Positions 8,997 through 18,501 of a stretch of DNA of 33,788 bases are shown here, one piece after another (positions within the stretch are counted from its first letter, which is position 1; each line of letters begins with the position of its first letter). The stretch comes from a virus. The stretch is taken from UHGV virus genome UHGV-0101498. One strand, given 5' to 3'. Made by a program: the position numbers and the translations under genes. The notes below the pieces were generated by a model. It had not been told where the DNA came from. It saw nothing but the letters and a program-made list of their open reading frames with translations, and searched no databases.

Positions 8997-9078
8997 CGCG
9001 CGCTTGCTCTTGAAATGAGAAAGTTAATTGGTTAACTTTTTAAGCAGGGTCAACGCACTGTTGAGCAAAGGAGTGAGT

Positions 9079-9726
9079 ATGATTAGTACAGGACATATTG
9101 TCGCTGTTGGCGCGGTTGATGCAGGCGAAGTAAAATTACTGGGTACCGGTTTTGTCATCTCTAATGACAAGATAATTACATCTCGGCATGTAATTCGTGG
9201 TTTTGCTTTTAATATAATAATTTCTCCTTCGGAGATTAATGATTTTAATCTTTATCAAGATACTACAATCAACAGAATTCAGTATTATTCTGTTGAGGTA
9301 ATTGATGAGGATCCAATCAGAGATCTTTGTGTTTTGAAATTTAAGGCAGGATCGTTTTCTGGGCCCAATATTATCCTCTCAAGCTTAGATAAAATATCTA
9401 TTGGTGAAGAAGTTGGTGTTTTGGGTTACCCTCATTGTAATGAGGGTAGAAAAGTACTTACATTCCAAACAGCAAGAGTCGGTGCTAAGGTTTTACTTTC
9501 GAGTAATAATGTAAAGTCTAAACATGCAGTTATAAATTTGCAATCAAGACCAGGTCAATCAGGTTCAGTTATTTTTAATTTAAAAAATAATGAGGTTGTC
9601 GGGGTGTTAGTTGGTGCTTATACAAATAATGCAGCGGGCTCTGTATTTATTGGAGGAATTAATCCTGCAGCTTTGCATCAAACTACTTATGCGATTTCAG
9701 CTGAATATATTAAGGATATGTTATGA
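9079..9726 (+). CDS. Trypsin-like (S1 family) serine protease, 215 aa, cytoplasmic (no signal peptide apparent)
   Basis: Catalytic triad candidates His37 (TSRHV), Asp82 (RDLCVLKF), Ser161 (GQSGS); AGGAG RBS 5 nt before ATG; AT-rich. The ORF track starts at TTG 9028. Confidence 0.75.
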   Translation: MISTGHIVAVGAVDAGEVKLLGTGFVISNDKIITSRHVIRGFAFNIIISPSEINDFNLYQDTTINRIQYYSVEVIDEDPIRDLCVLKFKAGSFSGPNIILSSLDKISIGEEVGVLGYPHCNEGRKVLTFQTARVGAKVLLSSNNVKSKHAVINLQSRPGQSGSVIFNLKNNEVVGVLVGAYTNNAAGSVFIGGINPAALHQTTYAISAEYIKDML

Positions 9727-10169
9727 TCTCTATACCAAATGAAGATGCTGAAGCTTGGCTATCTACCTTAAAAAAATATCAATCATCAACTATTAAATCC
9801 TTTCTCGAGCAAGGTACGGAAGAGCAAGCTCTTGAATCATGGTTAACAGCTTCAGGCCCAAGTTTAACATCTCCATTTGGAGGGGATGCTTCCAGCATGC
9901 CGGGTAAAAAGGCATTTGTTGATCAGTTTAAGCAAGAGTTTAGAGCTTTTGTTTGTGGAAGCGATAAATATGTCAAAGAGAGGAATGGATTGGGTGAGCT
10001 TGGCGGGGATATTAAAACCTATCTTGTCAGTGTTATTTCAAGTTCAATTGCTACCTCTTTAGGTACTACTACAGTATTTATTGCTCCCGCTGTTGTAATC
10101 ATGCTTATTACGATCTCAAAAATGGGTCTTAATGCGTGGTGTTCATTAGAAACCGTAAAAGACTCTTAA
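9723..10169 (+). CDS. Small protein (148 aa) with a soluble N-terminal region and a C-terminal hydrophobic membrane segment; partner of the protease
   Basis: Start overlaps the protease stop (ATGA); C-terminal stretch YLVSVISSSIATSLGTTTVFIAPAVVIMLITISKMGL is predicted transmembrane. Confidence 0.65.
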   Translation: MISIPNEDAEAWLSTLKKYQSSTIKSFLEQGTEEQALESWLTASGPSLTSPFGGDASSMPGKKAFVDQFKQEFRAFVCGSDKYVKERNGLGELGGDIKTYLVSVISSSIATSLGTTTVFIAPAVVIMLITISKMGLNAWCSLETVKDS

Positions 10170-10200
10170 AAAAACCGCCCATAAGGGCGGTATATTTTTT
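10168..10200. terminator. Bidirectional rho-independent terminator between the protease operon and Q
   Basis: AAAAAAA-CCGCCC-ataa-GGGCGG-tatTTTTTT; hairpin flanked by an A-run and a T-run. Confidence 0.7.
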
Positions 10201-11224
10201 ATAAATTATAAAGTTCAAATTGAATAACCTCCTCTCCTAACCATTTGTTTACTTCCTTCATTCTTTCCTGTAGTGGGATTAGCTCGTTACGCACAAATAC
10301 CTTGCTGGCTTTTTCTATGTCACCGAATCCTCCTGTGTTCTGAGGAATGATGCCCATTAATTGTGGCGGAACACGATGAACTGCCAGCATGTCATCACGA
10401 GATACGTTTTTTATATTCAGGAACTCATCCTTTGCCGCTACTTCTGACAGAGGGATGATCTGGATGCCATCCTTTTTGCCGTTAGGTGAGTACATAAACA
10501 GGTTGCGGAAGTTGCCCGGGCCCTTGGCGCTTTTCATGGCATGGCGGATGTTGTTCACGTCTTCCTGGTTCTGTGCGGCGTCGGTCATGTACATGATGAA
10601 CCCTGCATGGCTGCCGTTGATGTAATACTTGCGGCGGAACAGTGTGGCGGACTCGTTCAGTAGGGCGGAAGGGATGGCTGACAAGTACTCCGGCAGGCCG
10701 TAAATCTCCTGGCTTAAGTCCGGCTCCATCAGGTGAAAAATGCTGCCTTTGGTGAACTCGTAGGGCTGAGTGCTCATACCGTATTGCACAAACCAGTAGG
10801 TATCAAGATCCAGGCCACGGCGGGTATATTTCGCCAGCGATGGCTCCAGCGACAGAGTGCCCCCGAGGCGGTTAGTGCGCTTTTCCAGATAGGCATTACC
10901 GAATACCAGATAGTCCTGCACAAAGCGGCTGAATGCCTGCTGGCTCAATAGCGGATGCGGAATAAACGTGCTTGTCAGGATGTTGCGCTTAACGGCAATC
11001 GGTGAGCTGTGATGTACGGCTGCACGGTGGGTACGCGCCAGCCCGTCAAAACTCACCGGCGGTTCAAACCAACGCTCCATCTGTACGCATTCCACATAGT
11101 CCAGCAGTTCACGGCGGTCCAGAACAGGAACGGGATCGCCAAAGCTGAATGCTTCGGCTGAAGTCTGGCTTTTATGCTTGAGCTGATTCGTCGCCGCAGC
11201 GCGGTTTTTCTTACTCTTTCCCAT
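10199..11224 (-). CDS. Q: Portal protein (P2 gpQ-like)
   Basis: 341-aa translation in the P2 Q position, convergent with the terminator; ATG at 11224 overlaps the P stop. Confidence 0.85.
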   Translation of the reverse strand: MGKSKKNRAAATNQLKHKSQTSAEAFSFGDPVPVLDRRELLDYVECVQMERWFEPPVSFDGLARTHRAAVHHSSPIAVKRNILTSTFIPHPLLSQQAFSRFVQDYLVFGNAYLEKRTNRLGGTLSLEPSLAKYTRRGLDLDTYWFVQYGMSTQPYEFTKGSIFHLMEPDLSQEIYGLPEYLSAIPSALLNESATLFRRKYYINGSHAGFIMYMTDAAQNQEDVNNIRHAMKSAKGPGNFRNLFMYSPNGKKDGIQIIPLSEVAAKDEFLNIKNVSRDDMLAVHRVPPQLMGIIPQNTGGFGDIEKASKVFVRNELIPLQERMKEVNKWLGEEVIQFELYNL

Positions 11225-12990
11225 CAAAAAATCTCCACAATATTGCTGGTATTGGCGGATTCGCCCTGCAGCGGTTCGTTAAACAGTGCGTGCATCGTTG
11301 CCCAGGCCAGATCGGCGTGGCTGGCTTCTTCGCTGCGGCTGGCTTCATAGGTCGGGCGGTTGCCGCTGGCGGTGGTGGCGCGACGGATTGCCATGAATGA
11401 CTGCGCAATGTCGGTGTGCCCGGCGTCAAACTCCAGACGGCGGTGGCTGATAATGTCGTAGGCCTTGAGTACCAGGGCGTTTTTAACATTGGGGTTGTAG
11501 ACAAACTCCCGGACGGCAGGAAAGAACGCTTTCACGTTCTCATAAACCCCGTGACCAACGCCGGTTGAGTCGATACCGATATAGGTCACGTTGTACTGTT
11601 CGGTGAGTTTTTTGATGGCGTCAGCCTGGGCGCGGAAGTCCATCCCGCGCCACTGGTGACGCTCAAGAATGCGGAACTTACCACCCGGCACGGCTGGCGG
11701 AGCCACCACCACGCATCCGGCACTGTCGCCGTTCTGCGTACCTTTTGCCGGGTCATAACCGATCCACACTTCGCGCCAGCCAAACGGGCGCAGGGCCAGT
11801 GCATGAAAGTCGGTCCAGACTTCCCAGCTGTCCACCATGCACGCCTGCAGTTCGCTGAGCGGGAACACGGACGCGAGATCGTCCACGAACTCGCACATCA
11901 GCAGGTTCTGGTATTCGTCCGGGCTGTACTCCATGCGTAGCTGGTCGAGGTCGAACAGGTTACAGCCGCCGCGCACCGCATCTTCCACGGTGACTATCTG
12001 GCGGTATTGCCCGTCTGCGCACAGCAGGCCGGGGGCCAGATTGCTGTGGGACAGGTCGATGTCCACCTTGTCAGCTTTGTTGCGTCCACGGTTGAACAGC
12101 GCACCGGACCAGAACGGATAAGCACTGTGGGTCAGGCTGGATGGCGTGGAAAAATAGGTTTGTCGCCATTTTTTGTGAATAGCCATCCCGGAAGCCACTT
12201 TGCGCAGCTCCTGGAATTTCGGTATCCAGAAATATTCATCCAGATACAGGTTGCCGTGATAACTCTGGGCCGTGCGGGCATTGGTGCCGAGGAAGTAAAG
12301 CGTGGCTCCGTTAGGAAGCACCATCGGATCGCCTTTTAGCTCCACCTCGACTTCTTTGGCGAAGTCGATGATGTATTGTTTAAAGACGTGGGCCTGAGCC
12401 TTACTGGCGGAAAGGAAAATCTGGTTACGTCCGGTAAGCAGGGCGTCAATCAGGGCTTCACGGGCAAAGTAAAAGGTCGCGCCGATCTGGCGTGACTTCA
12501 GCAGGTTGCGGATGCGGTTGGTTTTTCCGGCTTCCCACCAGTGGCGCTGGTAGTTGAACATGGAGGAATGGAAGATTTCTTCCAGCTTCTCAATCTGTTC
12601 ATCGGTGAAGACATTCTTTTCCGGCTGACGGCGCGGGCCTTTGTTGCGGTTGGCGACGTTAGGGTTTAAGTCAGCTTCGTTGCCGCCATTGTTAAACTTG
12701 CCGATCCGCGCGTGGCGCTCAGACTGGCGCGCCAGCAGGTCAATCTCTTTGAAATCTTTCCCTTCTTTGTGCTCCTTCATAATGAGCTGACAGTAGCGTG
12801 CGGCGGTGGTGAGCTGCATCTGATCCAGCGGCCCATAGTCACCCCACTTGTCGCGTTTTTTCCAGCTGTGAACGGTTGCAACTTTCTCGCCCAGCATTTC
12901 AGCAATGCGGGCGACGCGGTATCCCTGAAAGTACAGCAGCATGGCCTGCCGACGGGGATCGAGATCTGCGGGTGTCAGTGTGGTGTTCAT
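11224..12990 (-). CDS. P: Terminase large (ATPase) subunit (P2 gpP-like), 588 aa
   Basis: Large ORF upstream of Q on the same strand, divergent from O, as in P2. Confidence 0.85.
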   Translation of the reverse strand: MNTTLTPADLDPRRQAMLLYFQGYRVARIAEMLGEKVATVHSWKKRDKWGDYGPLDQMQLTTAARYCQLIMKEHKEGKDFKEIDLLARQSERHARIGKFNNGGNEADLNPNVANRNKGPRRQPEKNVFTDEQIEKLEEIFHSSMFNYQRHWWEAGKTNRIRNLLKSRQIGATFYFAREALIDALLTGRNQIFLSASKAQAHVFKQYIIDFAKEVEVELKGDPMVLPNGATLYFLGTNARTAQSYHGNLYLDEYFWIPKFQELRKVASGMAIHKKWRQTYFSTPSSLTHSAYPFWSGALFNRGRNKADKVDIDLSHSNLAPGLLCADGQYRQIVTVEDAVRGGCNLFDLDQLRMEYSPDEYQNLLMCEFVDDLASVFPLSELQACMVDSWEVWTDFHALALRPFGWREVWIGYDPAKGTQNGDSAGCVVVAPPAVPGGKFRILERHQWRGMDFRAQADAIKKLTEQYNVTYIGIDSTGVGHGVYENVKAFFPAVREFVYNPNVKNALVLKAYDIISHRRLEFDAGHTDIAQSFMAIRRATTASGNRPTYEASRSEEASHADLAWATMHALFNEPLQGESANTSNIVEIF

Positions 12991-13036
12991 GGCACAAACC
13001 TACAGCCTTGAATGAAGGCTTTCCCCGCCTGCGGTT

Positions 13037-13054
13037 TGTGTGGTTGTCGGTACA
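13037..13054. promoter_or_regulatory. Late-promoter activator dyad TGT-N12-ACA (Ogr-type) in the P/O divergent region
   Basis: TGTgtggttgtcggtACA seen directly; 86 bp upstream of the O ATG, the same spacing as the dyad before FI. Confidence 0.5.
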
Positions 13055-13132
13055 AATACCGCGCATTGTTTCACTGCCTCCATCACCGCAACCATAAGGC
13101 TCCAGTAAGTTTTTTCTAACGGAGCACGGCTC

Positions 13133-13966
13133 ATGACAGTGAAAGCAAAGCGTTTTCGCATCGGGGTGGAAGGTGCCACCACCGATGGACGCGAAATCCA
13201 GCGTGAATGGCTGGAACAGATGGCAGCCAGCTACAACCCGGCGGTGTATACCGCGCTGATTAACCTTGAGCACATCAAGTCTTATCTGCCGGACAGCACC
13301 TTTAACCGCTACGGCAAGGTGACGGCGCTGTTTGCTGAAGAAATCACGGAAGGTCCGCTGGCAGGCAAGATGGCGCTGTATGCCGACGTTGAGCCAACGG
13401 AGTCCCTGGTGGAGCTGGTGAAAAAAGGCCAGAAATTATTCACCTCTATGGAAGTCAGCCCGAAGTTCGCTGATACGGGCAAAGCCTACCTGGTCGGCCT
13501 GGCTGCCACTGATGACCCTGCCAGTCTGGGCACTGAAATGCTGACATTCAGCGCCAGTGCAGCCCATAACCCGCTGGCAAACCGCAAGCAGAATCCTGCC
13601 AATCTCTTTACCGCTGCAGAGGAAACGGTGATCGAACTGGAAGAAATCCAGGAGGACAAACCGTCCCTGTTTGCCCGTGTCACGGCGCTGTTCACCAAAA
13701 AAGAGCAGTCCGATGACGCCCGGTTCTCTGATGTGCATAAGGCCGTGGAACTGGTCGCCACTGAGCAGCAGAACCTGAGTGCGCGCACCGAAAAATCCCT
13801 GTCTGAGCAGGAAGAACGCCTGTCTGAGCTGGAGACTGCCCTGCAGGCACAGCTGACCGCCTTTAACGAACTGGTGGACAAGCTGAGCCATGAAGACAGC
13901 CGCCAGGACTACCGCCAGCGTGCAACAGGCGGTAACGCCCCCGCTGACACTCTGACCAATTGCTGA
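13133..13966 (+). CDS. O: Capsid scaffolding protein (P2 gpO-like)
   Basis: Contains RFRIGVEGATTDGREIQ...INLEH...YLVGLAATDDPASLGTE, matching P2 gpO as recalled. Confidence 0.85.
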   Translation: MTVKAKRFRIGVEGATTDGREIQREWLEQMAASYNPAVYTALINLEHIKSYLPDSTFNRYGKVTALFAEEITEGPLAGKMALYADVEPTESLVELVKKGQKLFTSMEVSPKFADTGKAYLVGLAATDDPASLGTEMLTFSASAAHNPLANRKQNPANLFTAAEETVIELEEIQEDKPSLFARVTALFTKKEQSDDARFSDVHKAVELVATEQQNLSARTEKSLSEQEERLSELETALQAQLTAFNELVDKLSHEDSRQDYRQRATGGNAPADTLTNC

Positions 13967-13982
13967 TGGAGCACAAAACCTG

Positions 13983-15041
13983 ATGAAGAAGAATACCCGC
14001 TTTGCTTTTAACGCTTACCTGCAGCAGCTGGCGCGTCTGAACGGTGTGGCAGTTGAAGAACTGTCCAGCAAGTTCACCGTGGAGCCGTCCGTGCAGCAGA
14101 CGCTGGAAGACCAGATCCAGCAATCCGCCGCATTCCTGACGCTGATTAACGTCACGCCAGTGACTGAGCAGTCTGGTCAGTTGCTGGGGCTGGGTGTTGG
14201 CAGCACCATTGCCGGAACCACTGATACCACCGCAAAAGAGCGTGAGCCTGTCGATCCGACGCTGATGGTCGATGTGGAATACAAATGCGAGCAGACCAAC
14301 TTTGACACGGTACTGACCTACGCGAAGCTGGACCTGTGGGCGAAGTTTCAGGATTTCCAGGTGCGCATCCGTGATGCCATCGTGAAACGTCAGGCACTGG
14401 ACCGCATCATGATCGGTTTTAACGGCGTGAAGCGTGCGAAAACCTCCAACCGTAGCGAAAACCCGCTACTGCAGGATGTGAATAAAGGCTGGCTGCAGAA
14501 AATCCGTGAAGATGCACCGGATCACGTCATGGGCAGCACCACCACGGGCGGTGAAACCACACCGGGTGCGGTGAAAGTCGGGAAAGGTGGCGAATATGCC
14601 AACCTGGACGCCGTGGTGATGGATGCCGTCAATGAGCTTATCGATGTGGTCTACCAGGACGATGACGATCTGGTGGTGATTTGCGGTCGTGAACTGCTGT
14701 CTGACAAGTATTTCCCGCTGGTCAACAAAGAGCAGGAAAACAGTGAAAAACTGGCTGCCGATATGATCATCAGTCAGAAACGCATGGGTGGCCTGCAGGC
14801 CGTGCGTGCGCCGTTCTTCCCGCCGAATGCACTGCTGATCACCCGTCTGGATAACCTGTCCATCTACTGGCAGGAAGACACCCGCCGCCGCTCAGTTATC
14901 GACAACCCGAAACGTGACCGGATTGAAAACTTTGAATCCGTTAACGAAGCCTATGTGGTTGAGGACTACCGCTGCGCCGCACTGGTGGAAAACATCCAGA
15001 TTGGCGACTTCAGCGCCGCAGCAGCAGAAACCGGAGCGTAA
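13983..15041 (+). CDS. N: Major capsid protein (P2 gpN-like)
   Basis: TRFAFNAYL...FTVEPSVQQTL...GFNGVKRA...MIISQKR, matching P2 gpN as recalled. Confidence 0.9.
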   Translation: MKKNTRFAFNAYLQQLARLNGVAVEELSSKFTVEPSVQQTLEDQIQQSAAFLTLINVTPVTEQSGQLLGLGVGSTIAGTTDTTAKEREPVDPTLMVDVEYKCEQTNFDTVLTYAKLDLWAKFQDFQVRIRDAIVKRQALDRIMIGFNGVKRAKTSNRSENPLLQDVNKGWLQKIREDAPDHVMGSTTTGGETTPGAVKVGKGGEYANLDAVVMDAVNELIDVVYQDDDDLVVICGRELLSDKYFPLVNKEQENSEKLAADMIISQKRMGGLQAVRAPFFPPNALLITRLDNLSIYWQEDTRRRSVIDNPKRDRIENFESVNEAYVVEDYRCAALVENIQIGDFSAAAAETGA

Positions 15042-15044
15042 TTC

Positions 15045-15695
15045 ATGAGCCTGAGTCCCGCACGGCAGCATCGCCTGCGCGTTCAGGCTGAACAGGCCGC
15101 CCGCGAGGGCGGCAGCGTTCGCCACGCGTCGGGCTATGACCTGATGCTGCTGCAACTGGCGGAAGACCGCCGCCGTCTCAAGGGCGTTCAGTCCACGGTC
15201 AAAAAAGCGGAAATCAAGGTGGAGCTGCTGCCGAAGTACGCCGCCTGGGCAGAGGGTGTCCTGGCTGCCGGAGGCGCTCAACAGGATGACGTGCTGATGT
15301 ACGTGATGCTGTGGCGCATTGATGCCGGAGATTATGCCGGGGCGCTGGAGATCGGGCGTCACGCCCTGCGTCATGGCTGGGTGATGCCGTTAGGTAACCG
15401 CAACGTGCAGACCGTGCTGGCAGAGGAAATGGCAGATGCAGCCCAGAGCGCAATGCTTGCCGCCACCGGCTTTGATGCCGATCTGTTGCTGCAGACCCTG
15501 GAGCTGACAGACGGTATGGATATGCCGGACCAGTCACGGGCGCGTCTGCATAAAGCGATTGGCGCTGTCCTGAGTGAAAGAAATCCGGCGTCTGCCCTTA
15601 ATCATCTCAACCATGCGTTACAGCTCGATCCCCGCTGTGGCGTGAAAAAAGACAAACAGCAGCTGGAGCGCAGACTGCGCAATGACAGCCGCTGA
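15045..15695 (+). CDS. M: Terminase small/endonuclease subunit (P2 gpM-like)
   Basis: Position after N; QDDVLMYVMLWRIDAGDYAGALEIG motif resembles P2 gpM. Confidence 0.8.
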   Translation: MSLSPARQHRLRVQAEQAAREGGSVRHASGYDLMLLQLAEDRRRLKGVQSTVKKAEIKVELLPKYAAWAEGVLAAGGAQQDDVLMYVMLWRIDAGDYAGALEIGRHALRHGWVMPLGNRNVQTVLAEEMADAAQSAMLAATGFDADLLLQTLELTDGMDMPDQSRARLHKAIGAVLSERNPASALNHLNHALQLDPRCGVKKDKQQLERRLRNDSR

Positions 15696-15790
15696 CAGAA
15701 CGTGCCCCCGCGCACGGGCGGCACGGGGTGGCGAAAGGCACTGCCACATCAAAACCCCGTCCACCGCCCTCTATTTCAGGAGAAAGCAGC

Positions 15791-16255
15791 ATGAAGTTTG
15801 TTGCGCCAGAACAGGCACCGGAACAGGCGGAAATCATCAGGAATACGCCGTTCTGGCCTGATGTGGACCTGTCGGAGTTTCGCAGTGTGATGCGCACTGA
15901 CGGCACGGTGACGCAGCCGCGTTTAAAACAGGTTGCCCTGTCGGCAATTTCGGAGGTCAACGCAGAGCTGTATGAGTTTCGCAGACGCCAGCAGATGCTG
16001 GGGTATGCCTCGCTGGCAGAAGTCCCGGCGGAACAACTGGACGGCAAAAGCGAGCGCATTCAGCACTATTTCAACGCGGTTTATTGCTGGGCACGCGCCA
16101 TGCTCAACGAACGTTACCAGGACTATGACGCCACGGCATCCGGTGCGAAGCGAGGCGAGGAACTGGCGGAAGCAAGCGGTGATTTATGGCGTGACGCCCG
16201 CTGGGCCATCAGCCGGGTGCAGGATGCGCCGCACTGCACAGTGGAGCTTATCTGA
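15791..16255 (+). CDS. L: Head completion/stabilisation protein (P2 gpL-like)
   Basis: ATG 15791 with GGAGAAAG RBS; position after M. Confidence 0.75.
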   Translation: MKFVAPEQAPEQAEIIRNTPFWPDVDLSEFRSVMRTDGTVTQPRLKQVALSAISEVNAELYEFRRRQQMLGYASLAEVPAEQLDGKSERIQHYFNAVYCWARAMLNERYQDYDATASGAKRGEELAEASGDLWRDARWAISRVQDAPHCTVELI

Positions 16256-16458
16256 TGAAAGTGCGTGCGCATCAGTATGACACGGTGGACGCACTTTGCT
16301 GGCGTCATTACGGGCGCACGCAGGGTGTCACGGAGCAGGTACTGAAGGCAAATCCGGGGCTTGCCGAATACGGCCCCTTTTTACCTCACGGGCTGCAGGT
16401 GGAGCTGCCGGACATTCCGACAACCACCACCGTGCAGACCGTCCAGCTATGGGACTGA
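16255..16458 (+). CDS. X: Tail protein X (LysM-like), 67 aa
   Basis: QYDTVDALCWRHYGRTQGVTEQVLKANPGLAE, matching P2 gpX as recalled. Confidence 0.8.
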   Translation: MKVRAHQYDTVDALCWRHYGRTQGVTEQVLKANPGLAEYGPFLPHGLQVELPDIPTTTTVQTVQLWD

Positions 16459-16461
16459 ATT

Positions 16462-16677
16462 ATGACGCTTGAGCGAATCAGCGCCTTTATCACGTATTGC
16501 ATCGCCGTCGTGCTGGCCTGGCTGGGCGATTTGTCCATCAAGGATGCCTCAACGCTGGGCGGCCTGATGATCGGTGTGCTGATGCTGGCTATCAACTGGT
16601 ACTACAAACACAAAGCCTACCAGCTTCTGCGCGACGGGCAGATCTCGCGGGAGGACTATGAATCCATCAATCGTTAA
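16462..16677 (+). CDS. Holin (71 aa, predicted transmembrane segments)
   Basis: Small hydrophobic protein immediately 5' of the endolysin, in the P2 gpY position. Confidence 0.65.
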   Translation: MTLERISAFITYCIAVVLAWLGDLSIKDASTLGGLMIGVLMLAINWYYKHKAYQLLRDGQISREDYESINR

Positions 16678-17170
16678 ACGCTGCCTTGTCGGGGCCGTGC
16701 TGGCTATTGCTGCCACGCTGCCGGGGTTTCAGCAGCTTCACACCTCCGAGGAGGGACTGAAACTGATCGCCGATTATGAAGGCTGTCGTCTGCAGCCGTA
16801 TCAGTGCAGCGCGGGTGTCTGGACCGACGGCATTGGTAATACGTCGGGCGTCATTCCCGGCAAAATTATTACGGAACGACAGGCAGCTGAAGGGCTGATC
16901 TCCAACGTGCTACGAGTGGAGCGGGCGCTGGAAAGGTGTGTGAAGCAACAGCCGCCGCAGAAGGTGTATGACGCTACGGTGTCGTTTGCCTTCAACGTGG
17001 GGACGGGCAATGCCTGTAGTTCCACGCTGGTGAAATTGCTCAATCAGCGGCGCTGGGCGGATGCATGCCGACAGTTGCCGCGCTGGGTTTATGTGAAAGG
17101 TGTTTTTAATCAGGGGCTGGATAACCGCCGTGCGCGGGAGATGGCCTGGTGTTTACAGGGAGCAAACTGA
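16658..17170 (+). CDS. K: Endolysin, lysozyme-like (P2 gpK-like), probably a SAR endolysin
   Basis: EGCRLQPYQCSAGVWTDGIGNT lysozyme motif; N-terminal hydrophobic CLVGAVLAIAATLPGF. Confidence 0.85.
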   Translation: MNPSIVKRCLVGAVLAIAATLPGFQQLHTSEEGLKLIADYEGCRLQPYQCSAGVWTDGIGNTSGVIPGKIITERQAAEGLISNVLRVERALERCVKQQPPQKVYDATVSFAFNVGTGNACSSTLVKLLNQRRWADACRQLPRWVYVKGVFNQGLDNRRAREMAWCLQGAN

Positions 17171-17171
17171 A

Positions 17172-17549
17172 ATGAAAAAGAAATTAATCAGCGGACTGTT
17201 TCTGATGTTATGGATGGCGCTGTTAATCGCAGCAATGGTGTATCCGCAGGGGATTTTTCCGGTACTGGCAGCGTCCGGCGTTTGGGTAGCCTGTTTGCTG
17301 ACATGGGCGGTAATTTCGGTAGCACTGGCTGCGTTAATTAAGAATGGCCCGCTCTGGCAGGAGTTAAGGGCATCTTTGCTGAAGACAATTACCCGAAAAG
17401 AAAACGTATTTACCAGTTGGGTGATGCGATTGCTGATTGTTGTAAGTCTCGCCTGGACGGGGTGGGCTATTACCCTGGTCTTTTATCTACTGACCGTTAT
17501 TGCCTTCTGGATCACCCGTAATCAGATGGCGCAACAGGTAGCAGCATGA
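17172..17549 (+). CDS. lysA: LysA-like membrane protein (lysis timing)
   Basis: ATG 17172 after GGGAG; several hydrophobic helices; position after K. Confidence 0.7.
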   Translation: MKKKLISGLFLMLWMALLIAAMVYPQGIFPVLAASGVWVACLLTWAVISVALAALIKNGPLWQELRASLLKTITRKENVFTSWVMRLLIVVSLAWTGWAITLVFYLLTVIAFWITRNQMAQQVAA

Positions 17550-17974
17550 ACCGGTTGCTGCTGGTTGTGCTGACGTTATTACTGGCGGCGCTGGGCTGGC
17601 AGACGTGGCGGCTGGCTGATGCCAGCCAGACCATCAGCACGCAGGCAGACGAGCTGCAGAGCAAAAGCCAGGCACTGGCAAAGAGCAATAGCCAGCTTAT
17701 CAGCCTGTCCATTCTGACTGAAACCAATAACCGGGAGCAGGCGCGGCTCTATGCCGAAGCAGAACAGACCAGCACGCTGCTGAGACAACGACAACACCGG
17801 ATCGAGGAACTGAAACGTGAGAACGAGGATTTACGCCGCTGGGCTGATACTCCTTTGCCTGCTGACATTATCCGGCTGCGGAAACGTCCGGCACTCACCG
17901 GAGGTATGGCTTACCGTCAGTGGTTGTCCGCGAGTGACGCCGTGTCGGCTGGATCAGGCAACGCCGCGCACTAA
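17546..17974 (+). CDS. lysB: LysB, Rz-like inner-membrane spanin
   Basis: N-terminal transmembrane helix then coiled-coil-like region; overlaps the lysA stop. Confidence 0.75.
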   Translation: MNRLLLVVLTLLLAALGWQTWRLADASQTISTQADELQSKSQALAKSNSQLISLSILTETNNREQARLYAEAEQTSTLLRQRQHRIEELKRENEDLRRWADTPLPADIIRLRKRPALTGGMAYRQWLSASDAVSAGSGNAAH

Positions 17975-18107
17975 CGGTGATCTGAACGCGTTGCTGGATG
18001 AAACGGAGGCCGCCTGGGCGGTCTGTGCAGACAAAGTGGACATGATTATTGCGTGTCAGGAGCGAAACAGTGAACAAACCACAATCCCTGCGCCACGCCC
18101 TCAATAA
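17817..18107 (+). CDS. lysC: LysC, Rz1-like outer-membrane lipoprotein spanin, out of frame and overlapping the lysB 3' end
   Basis: Lipobox LTLSGC after a signal peptide; begins inside lysB in another frame and runs past its stop. Confidence 0.7.
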   Translation: MRTRIYAAGLILLCLLTLSGCGNVRHSPEVWLTVSGCPRVTPCRLDQATPRTNGDLNALLDETEAAWAVCADKVDMIIACQERNSEQTTIPAPRPQ

Positions 18108-18501
18108 AGCGGTGCCTTATGTCCGCAATAACCCGGACAAACTGCATCTGTTTGTGGATAACGGTTCGCTGGTTGCCACGGGGGCCAGCTCCATGTCGTG
18201 GGAGTACCGTTACACACTGAACGCGGTGATTGAGGATTTCAGCGGCGACCAGAATCTGCTGATGGCCCCGGTTTTGCTGTGGCTGAGGGATAACCAGCCC
18301 GATGCCATCAATAACCCGGCGTTACGGGAAAAGCTATTCACCTTTGAGGTGGATATTCTGCGCAACGATGTCTGTGATATCAGCCTGAACCTGCAACTGA
18401 CGGAACGTGTGCTGGTCAGCACTGACGGCAGTGTGTCGAGCGTTGAAGCTATAGCGGAACCTGATGCACCTGAAGAAATGTGGACGGTGAAACGTGGCTG
18501 A
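18070..18501 (+). CDS. R: Tail completion protein (P2 gpR-like)
   Basis: GTG 18070 preceded by AGGAGC; LHLFVDNGS...YTLN...DF.GD..LL..PVL.WLR.NQPD, matching P2 gpR as recalled. Confidence 0.8.
   Translation: MNKPQSLRHALNKAVPYVRNNPDKLHLFVDNGSLVATGASSMSWEYRYTLNAVIEDFSGDQNLLMAPVLLWLRDNQPDAINNPALREKLFTFEVDILRNDVCDISLNLQLTERVLVSTDGSVSSVEAIAEPDAPEEMWTVKRG

Noticed and set aside
9877-10062. 61-aa ORF in an alternative frame inside the membrane-protein gene
   Set aside because: Fully embedded in the better-supported 9723-10169 frame, which is coupled to the protease stop.
11586-12339. Several ORFs of 72-110 aa on both strands within terminase gene P
   Set aside because: All lie within or antisense to P and lack protein-like composition.
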